A stretch of 64,000 nucleotides of DNA from Ptychomitrium polyphyllum (taxonomy: Eukaryota). Below are positions 38,100-51,937 of the stretch, in pieces. The position numbers and the translations under genes are program-made. The first letter of the stretch is position 1. Every line of letters starts with the position of its first letter. Under the pieces are notes generated by a model. It had not been told where the DNA came from and made no database searches. It saw only the letters and a list, made by a program, of their open reading frames with translations. The stretch is taken from NCBI GenBank assembly GCA_973851085.1, contig OZ316775.1:9052001-9116000 (forward strand). The letters are read 5' to 3'.

Positions 38100-38232
38100 G
38101 GTGGCTGCTAGTGTGCAGAAATCGACAACGACGATGAGCAGCGGCTGCAGATGCAGAAGTCTAACACCTTGAAAGAGCAGCAATTCTTGAAAGCTTCGAG
38201 TATATGAGGCGCTCGTTCTGCCCTTCCTCGGC

Positions 38233-38241
38233 AAACCCTAA
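38233..38241 (+). promoter_or_regulatory. Telo-box upstream of RPS21
   Basis: AAACCCTAA about 135 bp upstream of the RPS21 ATG; a characteristic element of plant ribosomal-protein promoters. Confidence 0.6.
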
Positions 38242-39181
38242 TGGATAATGTTAGGTCTCCTGTTTTCATCCCTTCTCCCGACTTCATTCGTCGCGCATGA
38301 CTTTATTCTAGTATTACGCGATGGGTTTTAAGCTTTGGCCGAAAAATCCGTTCACCTATACTAAGTATGGTTGCAAAGTAAGGTATTATGTTCTAATCAT
38401 TTTATACATTGTAAACTGTTTTTACTCTTTTTCTGGCTTATCATCAATTATTCAAACTGAAGATTACTCCACTTATGTTCCTCAATAAGCTTTTAAAGGT
38501 TGCAAAATAAAATCAGATTATATATTTTTGAGTTGAGAATAAAAATCTTTGTTGTTATTTGTATGTCTAGAGAAGTTTTATTATTTTTTCGTGTTTAATA
38601 TTGATTTTCAGACAGAATAATCAACCAAGACTTAAGCAAGTATCCGCTAATAAATGTACCTCCAACTTTATTAATGTTGATTCGCATGACTTCTATTTCA
38701 TAAGGCATCCGTGAGTTTTCACAACTTCGATGTTCTTAAACAAACGTTCGTGTGAAGATTCAGGAAGTAGGCTAGAAGACCAAGTTCAGTCACCTCCTGA
38801 ATTGTGATTACTCTCCGATGATAAGTACTCACCTATGCATTATTGTGTACTTAATTGTGTAGGAAGACGTGAAAAAGGTGAGCCATCAGCCCCAGCTTAC
38901 TATGCAATGACATTAACACATTTCGTAGCTCCCACACCAATGACTCGATAGAACCTAGTGAATCTGATCCGTAGCAGTCAAAATCAATGTTAAAAGTGAA
39001 GCCAGTATTGAATCTCTAGCTCTGATAGCGTCAAGTTCCCTACCACCACAGAATGACAAAAGGAAGAAACTGTGCCACATTTGAAAAATCAAAGAAGTAA
39101 GCTGGCTTGAAGATCATCTGAGATGAATCCGTCATATGATTTTACTGATAATGAGCAAAAGAAAATTGATATGATCTCTAA

Positions 39182-39970
39182 TTACACTTGCTGATCTGCA
39201 GCTTCGGCGACTAAGGGCAACCTCGGAGTTTTCCCAAGAATACAAGACACTATGCCGAAGAGGAAGCAGGCCACTAAGAACAAGAACACCGTGTTGTAGA
39301 AAATGACGAGAAGCTCAAATCCAATTCCGCCACGAGGCGTGAACGTGCGTTCCACAAGGGTGGGGAAGATGAGAAGCACGTCCAAGACGACGGCCTGCAT
39401 TGTGTTGAACCTCACGTACCGGCTGAAATTAGGGTTTCGCACCACCGCCAAGTAGAGCCCAAAGAAGGCAATGAAATTGGAGAACGGGAAGCCCTTGTAC
39501 GCCGAGAGTAACGGGAACAACGGCGCTATCAGCTTCTCCGCGACTGGAAACTGCAGGAAGAAGTAGCGCCCGTACTGAATCCCATCAAAAAGCGGCAAGA
39601 AATACCCCAACGCCGCAACGACGCGCTCCGCGGCGTTTACACTGTCGCCTCGCCCCGCCTGCGCCCTCACATCCAAACTGGGCGACCACTTCACCTCTTC
39701 CCTCGCCACTCCACCGAACGTCAGCCTCTCCGATTGCGGAAACAACCCCGAACTCTTCCCAAACGCGGATAACCCTAGCTTACTGCTCCCCAAACCTCCC
39801 TGCCCAGTTCCCCTCAGCGATGCATTCACCTGCAGCCGTGCGAAAGCCCCACAAGTGGATTGATTCACAGAGCTTCGGCCTGACGAAGGTGGAGTGCCGT
39901 AGCGCTGGGGTCGACGGCTCGGGAGCAGCAACGAAGCGCTCCCCAACGCGGACGACGCCATGGCCATCAT
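39182..39970 (-). CDS. TIC20: Chloroplast inner-envelope translocon TIC20 (TIC20-V-like), intronless
   Basis: Ser/Arg-rich transit peptide, then YFLPLFDGIQYG..VVRNPNFSRYVRFNTMQAVVLDVLLIFP..PRLPLVAEAADQQV, typical of the TIC20-II/V group. Confidence 0.92.
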   Translation of the reverse strand: MMAMASSALGSASLLLPSRRPQRYGTPPSSGRSSVNQSTCGAFARLQVNASLRGTGQGGLGSSKLGLSAFGKSSGLFPQSERLTFGGVAREEVKWSPSLDVRAQAGRGDSVNAAERVVAALGYFLPLFDGIQYGRYFFLQFPVAEKLIAPLFPLLSAYKGFPFSNFIAFFGLYLAVVRNPNFSRYVRFNTMQAVVLDVLLIFPTLVERTFTPRGGIGFELLVIFYNTVFLFLVACFLFGIVSCILGKTPRLPLVAEAADQQV

Positions 39971-40714
39971 CTACTTGCAAAGACGGGCTTTCAATCAGCG
40001 TCACTTGCTCTCTAGATTCGCTCTGTACAGAGCGTTTTCAGTTGCGAACACCAAAGACAAGTGGTTCATTTGAATTGGGCATCCAGCTTAAGGTGATGAA
40101 GAAACGGGATTATGGATTATGGGGCGATGAACAGTGGGTGGAGTGAGAAACTTTAAAGTTGGTTCTCGATGATGAACTTTTTTCTTCAGCTTGTGGTTCA
40201 CTTACTGTCACGTCTTCGAGGGTCGAGAAGTTGCAAGCAGGCACGATTGTCTTAGTTTGTGTTCATGATCGTTGAGCCTTTTCTGTAGTTTATGCATAAC
40301 TTTTTGGGTGATCAGCATCGTCGTGGTGTCCAATTTGAGGCCCAGATGCGGGGTAGTTCGTCTTTACTTGTGCAGGGAACTTGTGTTGTGAGTTTGTGGC
40401 GTTCTTTTTGCGAGGACGAGTCGTTTGAGGACTCGTGACCCAATTTCCGCGATGGGTTGTTGAGTAGTCTAGTTTGCTAAGCGAAGAATGGGTTGCGTTG
40501 CAGCTCTTGTTGAGTACTGGAAAGTTAGATTTTGTTCGATTTGGTTGTTGTGATGCATGCCGTGTGAGGCGTGGTCCCGTCTTGAATTAGGCTCCTCCAG
40601 AGAGCAATTTGTCGGAAGGAAACTGCCATTTTAAAGGAGCTAGTCGGTACAGGAACACTGCTGGTCGAGGGTTAGGAGGCTCATAAGTAGGCTACCCTTG
40701 TCGCAATACCGGAG

Positions 40715-43700
40715 ATGAAAGGCGAAGATTCTTCTAGCACTTGTGTGCGAGGATGTTGCCGCAGCGATTGCTTGCCTTTGGCACTTCCCAGGTCCGACAT
40801 AAAAATTTTGGCTGAGATAGCGCGTGGTGAGTAAAACATTTGTGTTTTTCCTTACCTTTAGCTCTTGAATAGATGCCGTCAGCAAACAATCAACACTTAT
40901 GTTCTTCCAATTTCTGGTATTTTAAGTTATCTTTTTCGTGTGGATCGGTTGCGGTTGCTCTCCAGTGAATCTTTTCTATTGAGACGGTAATTATTCCTTT
41001 ACACCAAAATTCAAGAAATGCGTAGGCTTTTAGCTCTTATTGAATTATCAATTTAAGACTGAAATTGTATCGATCAGGGATCCTCTGGCCTAATTAATAA
41101 GGTTCGCCTTTGATGACAGCGATGGGTTCAGTGGATCTCACTCAGTCTAGGTGGTGATGCCACAAGCTGCTGATGACCACTCACATATCACTCAGAACAT
41201 TATCAAATTTATTATATCTAGTCATAGAAATCTATGGTTACAGAGGGTTTGGCTGCTATGCACAGAGTTATCTTTTGGATGCTTGGATCATTCCCCGAAT
41301 ATAGCTCGACATTGACGTAGATGAAAGGGTTTAGAAAGAACTTGTAAGGGAGGTCTGGCTGAAGCACTTGTAATACCGCATCTGTCAATGATTTTTAGTT
41401 CGCAGTGTAATTGACAATGTGTTGCCGTACGGTAGAGTTTGTAGAATGTTGTGGCCTTACGGTGATTTTGATGGTACAGGGGCTGAAAGCGTGGTATATA
41501 AAGCCCATTATGGTGGCAATTTCGTTGCAGCGAAAAAACCGCGTCTGTCTACAACGGACGACATGGACCGATTCCATACAGAATTGCAGATTCTATGGTT
41601 AGTAATACAATCTCCCCTGCTCCCTCCCCACTCCCTTTGGGCTATGTTTTCTTAGGGAACCAGTTGTTGTCTCCAAGCTCCTTAGAGGTTTTTTTCATGC
41701 TTTAGCTGAAATTCCTTCTTCCTGTAAATTTTGAATACCTGATTAACCAAGGCGTAATTGTTGTACCACAGCAAGTTGAACCATCCAAATATTGCTACTT
41801 TGATTGGTGCTCGTGCGTATCCACCCGACTATTACTTCCTGTATGATCTCTATGAACGTGGGAACTTGGGTGATGCGCTTCACGTTTCAGAGTGGCGACC
41901 AACTTTGCAACAAGTTATGACCATTGCAACACAACTAGGTTGGTTTGCTGCTATGCTATTATAACCAAATGATTCTTTGTGACTAGCAGTTTATGCTGTT
42001 TCTTGTGCCTGGTGAATATCTTTAATTTCAAGTTGGTGTGCTGCAGCTATGGCGTTGCAATACCTGCACAGGGAGGGAATTGTTCACCGAGATGTGAAGC
42101 CAGCCAATGTTCTGGTAGTATTTCTTAGCCGGAGCTTATGGATGTATTTTGGAATCCCGTGTGTGCGTTTGAACATTGTAAAATTGGAGGCTATTTGATT
42201 GAAGAGGATAGGATAGCCATTTCTCTAAAATCGGAGGCTATGCTTGTTGAGTGCTAGTTTGCGTGCTTGCTGACGGTGTAATACTTTGCAGCTTGACAGC
42301 AGTTGGGATGCACATTTAGCGGACTTTGGGCTTGCTGCGAATGTTACAGACCTTTCAAAGATGAGCGTAAAAAATTGGAAATTCTCAGGGAAGCCCACTG
42401 GCGGATTTCACAAAAAGAATATGGTCGGCACCCTCTTATATATGGCTCCAGAAATTTTAAGGAAAGATGTGCAATCGGAGAAGTCTGATGTTTATGGATA
42501 TGGCATCACTCTCAAGTATGTATCTCTGAAGATTCACAAGCCTTATTTCACCCATAGATATTTCTTGACATGGTTCATTGTCTACATTTTCTAGATTTTG
42601 AAAATATGAAATTATAGTTATTATCTCTTAATGACACTCAGGATTGCTTACAGAAAATCGCATATTATTAGGTTGGAAAAGGACCTAATTATTTCTGAGG
42701 GTTCACTCATGGTATAATCGATGTCGTGGTAGTTCGTGGCCAGGAGTTTTTATTGCAGGAGACAATGTATTATAAGGAGAATCTCCTAACTGTTTTGGTT
42801 TTTCTGATCTCGATACTATTGACTGAATTGTTGACAGTGAACTTATTACAGGTGTTGTACCATACACTGACCGAAAGACCGCAGCTCAGGTTAACTTTGC
42901 CGAAAAAAACTGTCTTTGGACTACTTAGATTTCCGTTCCTTGTGACTACCGAATATCAGCCCAGTTTGATAGAAATATTTAATTGTGTAGATAGTCCTCA
43001 AGTTCATTTTTTGCGATTTTGGGTTTGGCATGTGGCAGGCACACACAGTTCTAGAGATGAATTATTCAGAACAACAGCTCTCTTCGGCTGTAACTTCCCA
43101 AGGGTTGAGACCAGTACTTGCAGGCCCAGAATATGGAACTTCGTTAGAGTTGTCGACCTTGATTGAACAATGTTGGCATGGTGACCCTGCAATGCGTCCA
43201 TCTTTTGACTGTATTGTGGAGTCATTATGTGAAATTACTGCGAAGCTGTTCTTAGAGAAGAAATTGACGAACACGTCAGTCAAGAAACCAGATGTTTCTA
43301 TGACATCTAACACTGGTAAGGATGGGCTGGAAGAAGTTTTGAACTACACTCAGCAGAAGAGAACAGATGTAAACTGGGCTTCTCGGGCTGTTGAAGGGTT
43401 GAGATCCAATTTTATGGAGCAGTTATCTTCATCTCCAGGTTGGCTACACCAAGCATCTGAGGACGCAACATACCTTCCAGTACTGTCAATGGGGTCATTC
43501 TCAACAAAAGGAGCAAGGCAAACAATGGAAGACACAAACTTCTTGAGATTTCAGCTGGGAGGAGCTGCCAATGTTCATGCGTTTGGTGTCTTTGATGGAC
43601 ATCGAGGTAATGGATTTGGAGTTTTTGTATTTCTGGAATTCAGGACACGTCGGAAATTTCTGTCAATTGTGTATTATGCAAAATACTAGGAAACATAAGA

Positions 43701-45087
43701 ACGTTGATCTCCCTAGCAAGTTGAGTACGAAATGATCTGGCATGTGCTTTTATGAATGGATCAGGGCCCGAGGCAGCAGAATTTGCAGCTATCGCAATTC
43801 CCCAGTTTTTGTTGTCAAAAGCTTCCACTTCCAGGTATGCGTGTTTTATGTAGTAAGTTAGTGAAACCCTGTTCCAAGTAACGCAACTTGATCTTCATAT
43901 GCATTTGCGGAGGTAGAATGAGCAGACACGTTCTCGTCGAGATTGTTAATTGGACCAACTTCAAAATGTTGCCAGGGAAAATTTGGCTCATTATTGATAA
44001 CTCTGGTTCTTGGTGGTTTTGTGGTTGGTTGTAGTCCCCAGGAAGCATTAATTAGTGCCTTCATTGAAACCGATGTGGCTTTCCGTCGAGAGTTAGACAG
44101 CCAACGCAAGTGGAGGAAAGGTGGCGGTTTTGATTGGCATCCTGGATGTACTGCAACCACAGCGCTTCTTGTGCATGACGTATTGTATGTTGCTAATGCT
44201 GGAGATTGTCGAACCATTGTATGCAGAAAAGGAACAGCTGTTCCTCTTAGCATGGTATTAACCATTCTCTTCAAGAGTTCCATGTGGCTTTCTCACTTCA
44301 ACGTCTTGTTTCCCACTTCGATTACATGTTTTTATAACCACGTAATAGCATTCGAGATTTTGCTGATTGGGAAGTTCTTGATTTCACAGGATCATACAGC
44401 AAGCTGTAGCAGTGAGAGAGAACGAGTAATTAAAGCTGGTGGATCTGTCAGTTGGAGAGTAAATACCTGGCGAGTTGGTGGAGCTGCAATTGAGGTATCC
44501 GTCAGATTTCCTCTTTTGTGCGGTTTGCACATCGGCAATTGTGCGCTTACTGTCATTTTTATATCGACTTATGCCAAGATTCAATGAAACTTATTGACAG
44601 GTCACACGGTCGATAGGAGATGATGATCTGAAACCGTATGTTACTGCGGAACCTGAAGTAGCTGTATGCAAACTGAGTACCGATGATGAATTTTTAGTAA
44701 GCTTTCTTCCTCCTTACTTTCTGTAGTCAACTTCCATTCATGCAACAAACTTAATCATTTGATTAGGACTAGTTAGAATGCTGACCAGTTTTTAATGATC
44801 TCCAACAGATTGTACATTGTGATTGATGTCCTATCAAAGCCTTAAGCTCAGCTATTGTTTTCACTTCGGAAGCTTGATGAGCTCTGTCTCAGGTAATTGC
44901 GAGTGACGGCTTGTGGGAGACCATGCCAAATGATGACGTCGTGGCACTCATCAAAGATACCGTAAAAGAGCCGAGCATGGTGTCTAAGAGGCTAGCAACG
45001 GAGGCTGTAGAACGTGGTAGTCGTGATAACATCACGGTAATTGTTGTCTTTCTCAAACCTGTTTCAACAGTAGAGCGAGTGTACTAA
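40715..45087 (+). CDS. Protein kinase and PP2C-like domain-containing protein, multi-exon
   Basis: [19 protein letters not shown] / [18 protein letters not shown] / KLNHPNIA / [10 protein letters not shown] / [35 protein letters not shown], then PP2C motifs [44 protein letters not shown] and [15 protein letters not shown]. Same architecture as the conserved plant kinase-PP2C fusion (At2g40860-type). Confidence 0.93.
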
Positions 45088-48000
45088 AGGAACCACCTTT
45101 GTCGGTATTCTTCGAAGGAGATAATGCGTCATCCCATCGTCCAACTCATGATTTAAAGTTGGAACTTGAAGGGATTATGGGAAAATAAGAAACGGCAGGC
45201 GATGCACCCTCACATCATGAGGCATTGTCGATTGATTATCTGTTTTTATGCATAATTTCAGGGAGTTACTCACTGTTCTAGTACACGTAATAATTGCCGA
45301 TATTCTCGTAGTAAAGCTTCTTGCAGGGTCTGTCGGTTCCAAGCATTTCAGTGATTGTTGCAAATACATATGGATTTAAGCATTCCGATGTTCAGTTTGA
45401 GGTTCTTGAGACATTCGACTGAAGCTGTTCAAGGAAGCCATTCGTAAATAGGATCCTTCATTGAGTCGTGACAGAAAAACCGGTAGCCGATAATGGACCG
45501 GTGTCACCAATTAAACCGGATTAAACAGGGCATCTCCCAGTGCATGATCCTTTTCCAATGTGAACATGTGACACGTGTACCCTGCTCCCAATAACTGAAT
45601 AGAAGATGGACTTACGAATTCACTGTCACTGCAGGTGCAACTGTTAAATAGTTATTGGATTATGTTAGCGGTGACATGGTGGAAAGATTGCACGCCATAA
45701 ATAGCAAATCGCTGTAGCCTCACGCTCCCTCACGTTTCTCCTTCCCGCTACTCCTCTCTTCACGGTGCCTCGGTGCTTCAAACTGAGCTCTGATGCAAGC
45801 CTATTAATATGTCTCACACAAGGAAAGAGATGTGATCATTTTAAATCTATTTCAAAGTCAGGGTTCTCATGACAATCTGACTGGAAAATTTGTAAAAGAA
45901 AACATGAAAGAATGTATTTAAGGTAACTAAGTTTTTGAGACTGCAGGGAGGTGCTTTGGAAGTACCTCTTGCAAGGGAGCTCTTTTTCCTTCGGCATGGG
46001 AATTGAATTTCAGCGGTACTAGGCTTGGAGTCGGCGTTCTGTGCAGGTGGTTTGTGTACACGTAAGTCAATTGGTACACAAACAGCTACAAGTCAGATTG
46101 AGTTTTCTTTTGGTTTTAGAGTCAAGTTGAGTTGTTCACTAGTCACCTTTTGGGATTTATTATAAGGGTGCCGGGGCTTTACCATGTGCTATGATAGAGT
46201 CACGAGTGGCCTTCATGCTATTACTATCTGCATGGTGGCATCAACGTAACTACAGATTGTCCCACTAAAGCTAAGAATTGTACATTGAGTGGAGTGACTC
46301 ACGGTGTCTTTTGAGATTGCCAGATCGGTATGCATAACCAGGTTTTTTCTTCCTATGTCCATTGAACAATGATAGGGGGTAGTGACCAAACAAGACCATG
46401 GTCACCACTCTTCATCCCAGTGCCATATGTACAAAAATTCCTGAGCAATTTGTAAATTTGTAAGGCAGCAGGGTGCCATTTAGATTTTGGATTTGAGAAT
46501 TTGCAAAAAAAATCATTACAGTTTACTATTTTGAAGAATATTCTGGTGTAAATGTACTTTGGGAAATAATTGTTTTGAAATGAAAAGGCCTGTGGTGAAG
46601 AACATCTGGAAGAGCCTAGTTTACCACCAATCCAAACGGATCTGCACTTAAAAGGTTATAATATACTATAAATCATAAAATATAAATAAAATTATGCGAG
46701 TTGCAATTTTGGTAAACAACATCACCTTTCACAATTTTCAGTAAAGAATGGATCACTTAGTAGCGTTGACATTAAGTACAACTTTCTCACCTTTTATTTA
46801 AAAGTATATTTTTCTATAAATAATAGTCCATAACAACCTATAACACAAAATAATAAAACACTCTTGGATTAAGAATGGAACTTCATTGATTCATCAAAAT
46901 ATACTTTGAAACATATTTATACTCTTTTCCTTTTAACACAAACTAATTTTGAAGTATGTTTAGCAAAGTTTTCCTCATTAAAGAAGATTTAATAATGTAT
47001 AATTCTAATATCTTGTTTTTCATATTATAAGAAGGTTTATTTTTAGTGACTTGGCATACAGTATGTAGGCAAGCTATACTTAAATGGCATAATTTGTGAC
47101 TCTTGTTCAAAGTGGCAGCACTCGCAAGGTTGAAAGGAACTCAATCTTTGAAACTAGAGATCCAACATCCATCATATTACCTATAATGAAAGAAACAAAT
47201 ACCTTTATTTTTGTATTTTCAAATTTATATTTTCAAAATTTGATTGGTTGTTTTATTCATGGAAAAAGAAATGAATTAATTAGAGAGTAGCCTCCATGGG
47301 TGATTTTTTTCTTTTGTTCATCATCTACTTCATACAATGGATTCACAGTCCCATGTAGGTGTGCTAATATCCTCTGGAATTTGAGGAGTGACATAAAATG
47401 AGAGATTTCTAGCTACAATTAAATGAGTGAGCTGGAAATGGCCTTTGCAAGAGCAACAATTAAAAACAGCTCACAAATTACTAGAGAGTATAAAAGACCT
47501 AAAACTCCATACTCTAAAAATCTTAATGTTTTGTCCCATAGTCATACAAATAAAAACATAAAAAGTGCATGGATGATTTCGCCAGAACAGTGACCATCCA
47601 GATTTGAGTGATCAGACTCTCATTCATTGGACTACAGTAGATTCACCATATTCGAGTGAAGGTCATCAAATTCAACACTAAAGTCTGCCAGTCAGTTAAC
47701 GCTGTATAGTTGGAAGATGGTGGCATACCGGTATCAGAAATACAACTAACCAGGTCGTTTCTGGTGAAGAGTCATTTGCCACCATTTTATGTATCTAATA
47801 AGCAAGATAAAACAAGTATTTTGCATTCTAGGCTGTTAAGATAAACCTATAATTTTTCATTTAAAATATCTAGAAAGAAACGAAAAGAAAAAATGAAAAT
47901 AAAGAGTTTGATTCATTTGCCATGTCAGTTGCATCTCAGCCTGAGAGCAAGCTTTGTTGTAGCCTCAGTGGGCAACTATTAGTGAGGAATCCTCTCGGTA

Positions 48001-50096
48001 CATGAGTCCTTTCATTCTTGTCTGACGTGGAATTTCCACCCATTCGGTCTTTATGAAAGGAGGGGGTTCTTTATCAATCTACTAAAACTTAAAAGCACAT
48101 GAAATTCTTTAGCTACATGACTCTCATCACCAATGCTAGAATAGTATTTTTTTTCCAACTGGTGTACAGTGAAATGTTTGGCTGAGATGAGATGTTCCAT
48201 TATTGAGGTATTACATGGTAACTTGGTCAAAGAGTGCTAAGTAAGCACCTCAGCATTGTGGCTATTTTTTTTATTTAAAATGAGTAAATGATATTTTTTT
48301 TAAAGGAAAAGAAAAAAATACTGTAAAAGGAGAAATAAAAGACCTCCAGGAAGTGTATAATAATGAAAGAAATCATCTTGTAGGAAAAAAAATCCAATAA
48401 TCTTTAAGGTGATTACTTTTTTTAATCCATGAGCAAATGTCACATCTATTGCGTGGATTTCCAAAGTCTCTAGACATTGTCAAATATGCTAATTTATTGT
48501 TTCCACTTGCTATTCCAAAAGATACTTTAAAATTTAGGCTATTGTTTAAGAATGATATATGGCTATTAATGGAGGGATAAGAAACAAATAAATATTATGG
48601 AAATAAGATATTTTGGTTTTGTTCTTGTTTATAAAGTTTTAATAAGACTTAAACATAAAATGAACTTATTCAGTTACAATGCTAAGAAAAAAGATTGACT
48701 TCTTGTTCTTCAAAGGTCTAATTTTTGAATTGGAAAGGAATGTCAATCAAACCTTTAGTTTTTAATGCAAAAAATTGTGGCATTGGTCCATTTAAACACA
48801 AAATTAACATCCAATACAACGACAACTTCATTTTCTACAATTGTTTTGATTTGTTAGGCCAAATATGCTATAATGTAAATTTTTACAATGTAATGGTATG
48901 TAATAAAGTATACAATTTTATAACATTCCATCACATTATATATAATCAAACAAATTTGATTGTTAATAACACATTCAAATAGCATACTATAAATAATGAT
49001 GTTTATAAATCAAAGCTTGTTTTATTTATTTGACCTTGTATTACAATGAACAGCTATAAAGGACAATTCTATTTCTTATTAAAGTGATCAATTTTGCTAA
49101 ATATTGTGTACAATAAAGTAGATCTAACTCAAATGCTTGGCTTTGGAATCAATGCAAGCTTATATTTAAAGAATGTTATGACTACTAGAGCTTATAAAAA
49201 GATGAAAAATAGTACTAATTCAAAACAAGTAAAAAATAAATTGCCAAAGGTATTGATTCAATGCTTCGCCAATATTTGGAGTAATTTGCACTTAGCATTG
49301 ACAAATGAGGGCATCTTGCATTGATGTGAATATCACTGGTAAACATTAGGTTCAGACAAACACTCCGGACATATCCCATAAACAGGTTCCAGTACATTGA
49401 CAAACTATTTGTGTTAGTGTACCACACCATTCTGCAAAGAAGACTGCCACATGTTGGTGTGGTTTACTGCAATTGCAAACTCAGTTTGTGGAACGTATAC
49501 AGGTTTAAAAATTAAATTGGCTGCCGGCCAGGACCTTGTTATTGTACTGTTTCTCCCCACACTCAAAAAACAGAGACCACTGCATTATATGTTTGGACTT
49601 ATGAACTTGTACCATGTGCGAGCATTGTGATAATTTCAAATATTACAACGATATGTGCAAAAGCAAGGATCATTTGAGCAGCACACAATTCAAGCATGCA
49701 GGTCGAACTGGACTTCACTACACAAAATAGTATGTATGTGAGGAGCTTCCGAAGATTTCCAGTGCACCCTTCTCCAAGTGCGTCCAAGCACACATTATTG
49801 ATTGTGAAAAGAAGCTTACAATTCCTCTGGACAAACTCCTCGATATTCTAGGTGAGAGTCCTAGTTACAGCTTATTAGACAACAACTGCTGGTACTAAAC
49901 AACGGCTCCAGCCTAGAGGCTGGTAATGGCCGGCATCCATGTTGAGCTGAAGAATAGTACATTTGCAAGAACCGCCTACATATGATTCCGCATCGCTGGT
50001 TTGGAAAGTGCTCTAATAAGGCGTACAAAGTATTTCTAATTGTCTGGTCACCCTACAACACTGCCAACAGTTTTGAAACGCCTCTGTACTAGTTCA

Positions 50097-51093
50097 TTAG
50101 GATGTCAGTTGATCTCGAACATGATATTTCACATACTCCCCCAACCTCTTGGCTGTGTTGACAGCATGCTTCTTCACAAGACCAGAATCCAAGTGCTCCG
50201 TTTCCGAGTGCAGCCCCCTGTACTTTTCGCACTCTCCACTTGCCAAGGCCTTCTTGCACTCTCCCAACAGCCACTTGGTAGTCTTCCTGGCGTAGTCCCA
50301 ACAATTATTGTCCCTCACATTATAGACTGGATCTTCCTTCTTCAGAATGGCTATGATGTCAACAAGACCATCGTGAATACTGCCGCATTCAATCTCGTAA
50401 AGACAAAATCTGCGTCACACGTCCGAAAGGTCCAGCCCTTTGTGAGTGCGGATATGGATGCCTCGCTTAACTTTGCCGTCGTCTCCACCAGCTAGTTTTT
50501 CAGCCTTAATGTGAAATGCAGGCTCATTCTGCTTCCCACAGTGAATTTTCAATACGATGAAATCGTGGTTGATCAACCTCTTCTTCTGCAATTTCACAAC
50601 ACCACAACAACCAGATTGTTTACAAAAGAATGCCTTGAGATAAACATACTATACAACCAAAATGAAAACAACTTCTCCCCGTTACCTTGGCTAATCATTC
50701 TGCCGAACGAAGGAGCTTCAAACAATTGAGAAGCAGCAGCTATTTTTACCAACATGTTAAACGTGCACAGTGGGCTCCATACCTGCTCATCTGGGTCGAA
50801 GTTGGAATTCAAAAGCTTTTGAGATGCCTGCAGTGATTTCCCAGCCGTGCCTAGCTCTTCTTGGCAGTAATAAATCGTTTCGAATACGAGAGCTTTGTCT
50901 AGACACAGTTTTCTGTACACCTGATCCCCATTTCTACTCCAACGCGGTCGAAGATTGATCCTTTCAGCATCAGAGGATCATCACCATGAAAACGATATTT
51001 GATGACGAATGGTGCTTTCGCAGCATTCCGACCTGTGCGGTGTACAAATCGCCCAAACTTCACTGTAATGCCACTAGAGCTCTCTTCGTCCAT
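50097..51093 (-). pseudogene. Disabled gene with a permuted papain-like (PPPDE/DeSI-like) peptidase domain
   Basis: ATG at 51093 (MDEESS..); frameshift near 50925; phase-0 GT-AG intron 50782-50586 joins DPDEQ|KKRLINHDFIVLKIH..IKAEK..GIHIR; in-frame TGA at 50415-50417; the same frame continues ..LVDIIAILKKEDPVYNVRDNNCWDYARK..QLTS*. His before a Y-x4-NNC Cys motif is the permuted-papain arrangement. Confidence 0.55.
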
Positions 51094-51901
51094 TCCTTTT
51101 TCGCAGTCAACTAATCCTCTCAGGATAAGAAACACATGAAACCCTCGCCAGACGTTGTGGGTAAAATTACAACTGCTAGCCAAAGTACTGGAGCTGATCC
51201 AGAGACCTTTGCTAGACAAAGCTAACTACCTGTCTGTCCTAATTTCACGAGAATATCTTCGAAGCATATCCAAATCTCAAAGTCATCTACGAAAGGTTTT
51301 AATCTGAGGACCTAATGTCACGAGCTTACAACCTCTAATTCGAAGCAAGTTTTCAGGCAACTCGCTCTCGCGGTCAAATTCCCAAAGGTATGGAACCCAG
51401 ATAGATTGACTTGTGTCTGTACACTCTGCCTTCTTTCACTTGAAAAGAAGAGAGTCGAAGATCGCCAAATTGGTTCCCCGGGTTGTAATCCAAGTTCCTA
51501 CACACAATGGGGAAATAGTACGTAATCTTCTGTTTGACGAAGCCTATCTTTCAGAACGTTCCAGTAACATCAAGTCGCTACACCTTTACAGTATCTTTGT
51601 GATACAAAGTACTTTAGATTCTATCGTTCAGCTCCTCATGACCTGAGTTTGCAGGTGTTTGATATGTTAGAGTACTGGAATGTGGAACTTCTAAATCTAG
51701 TGTGTGCATTCAGAATCTACTATTTCCACACGGATTACTGATTTTGGCTCTTCATGTGAAAAAATAATAATTCTTGAAGTAAAACAGTAGAAGATGTGGT
51801 CTTTCGATACCTTACCACCGGGATGTAAACAAATCATAATTCCTTGAAGTACGAGAGGAGAAGATGTTGACTTCCGATACCTTACCACCCTGCCTGAGTC
51901 C

Positions 51902-51937
51902 TGCTAACCTACATGCTAACTTACATGCTAGCTTACA
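51902..51937. repeat. 12-bp tandem repeat x3
   Basis: tgctaacctaca tgctaacttaca tgctagcttaca. Confidence 0.75.

Noticed and set aside
40715..45087. Kinase-phosphatase fusion as a novel architecture
   Set aside because: This fusion is a known, conserved land-plant gene family.
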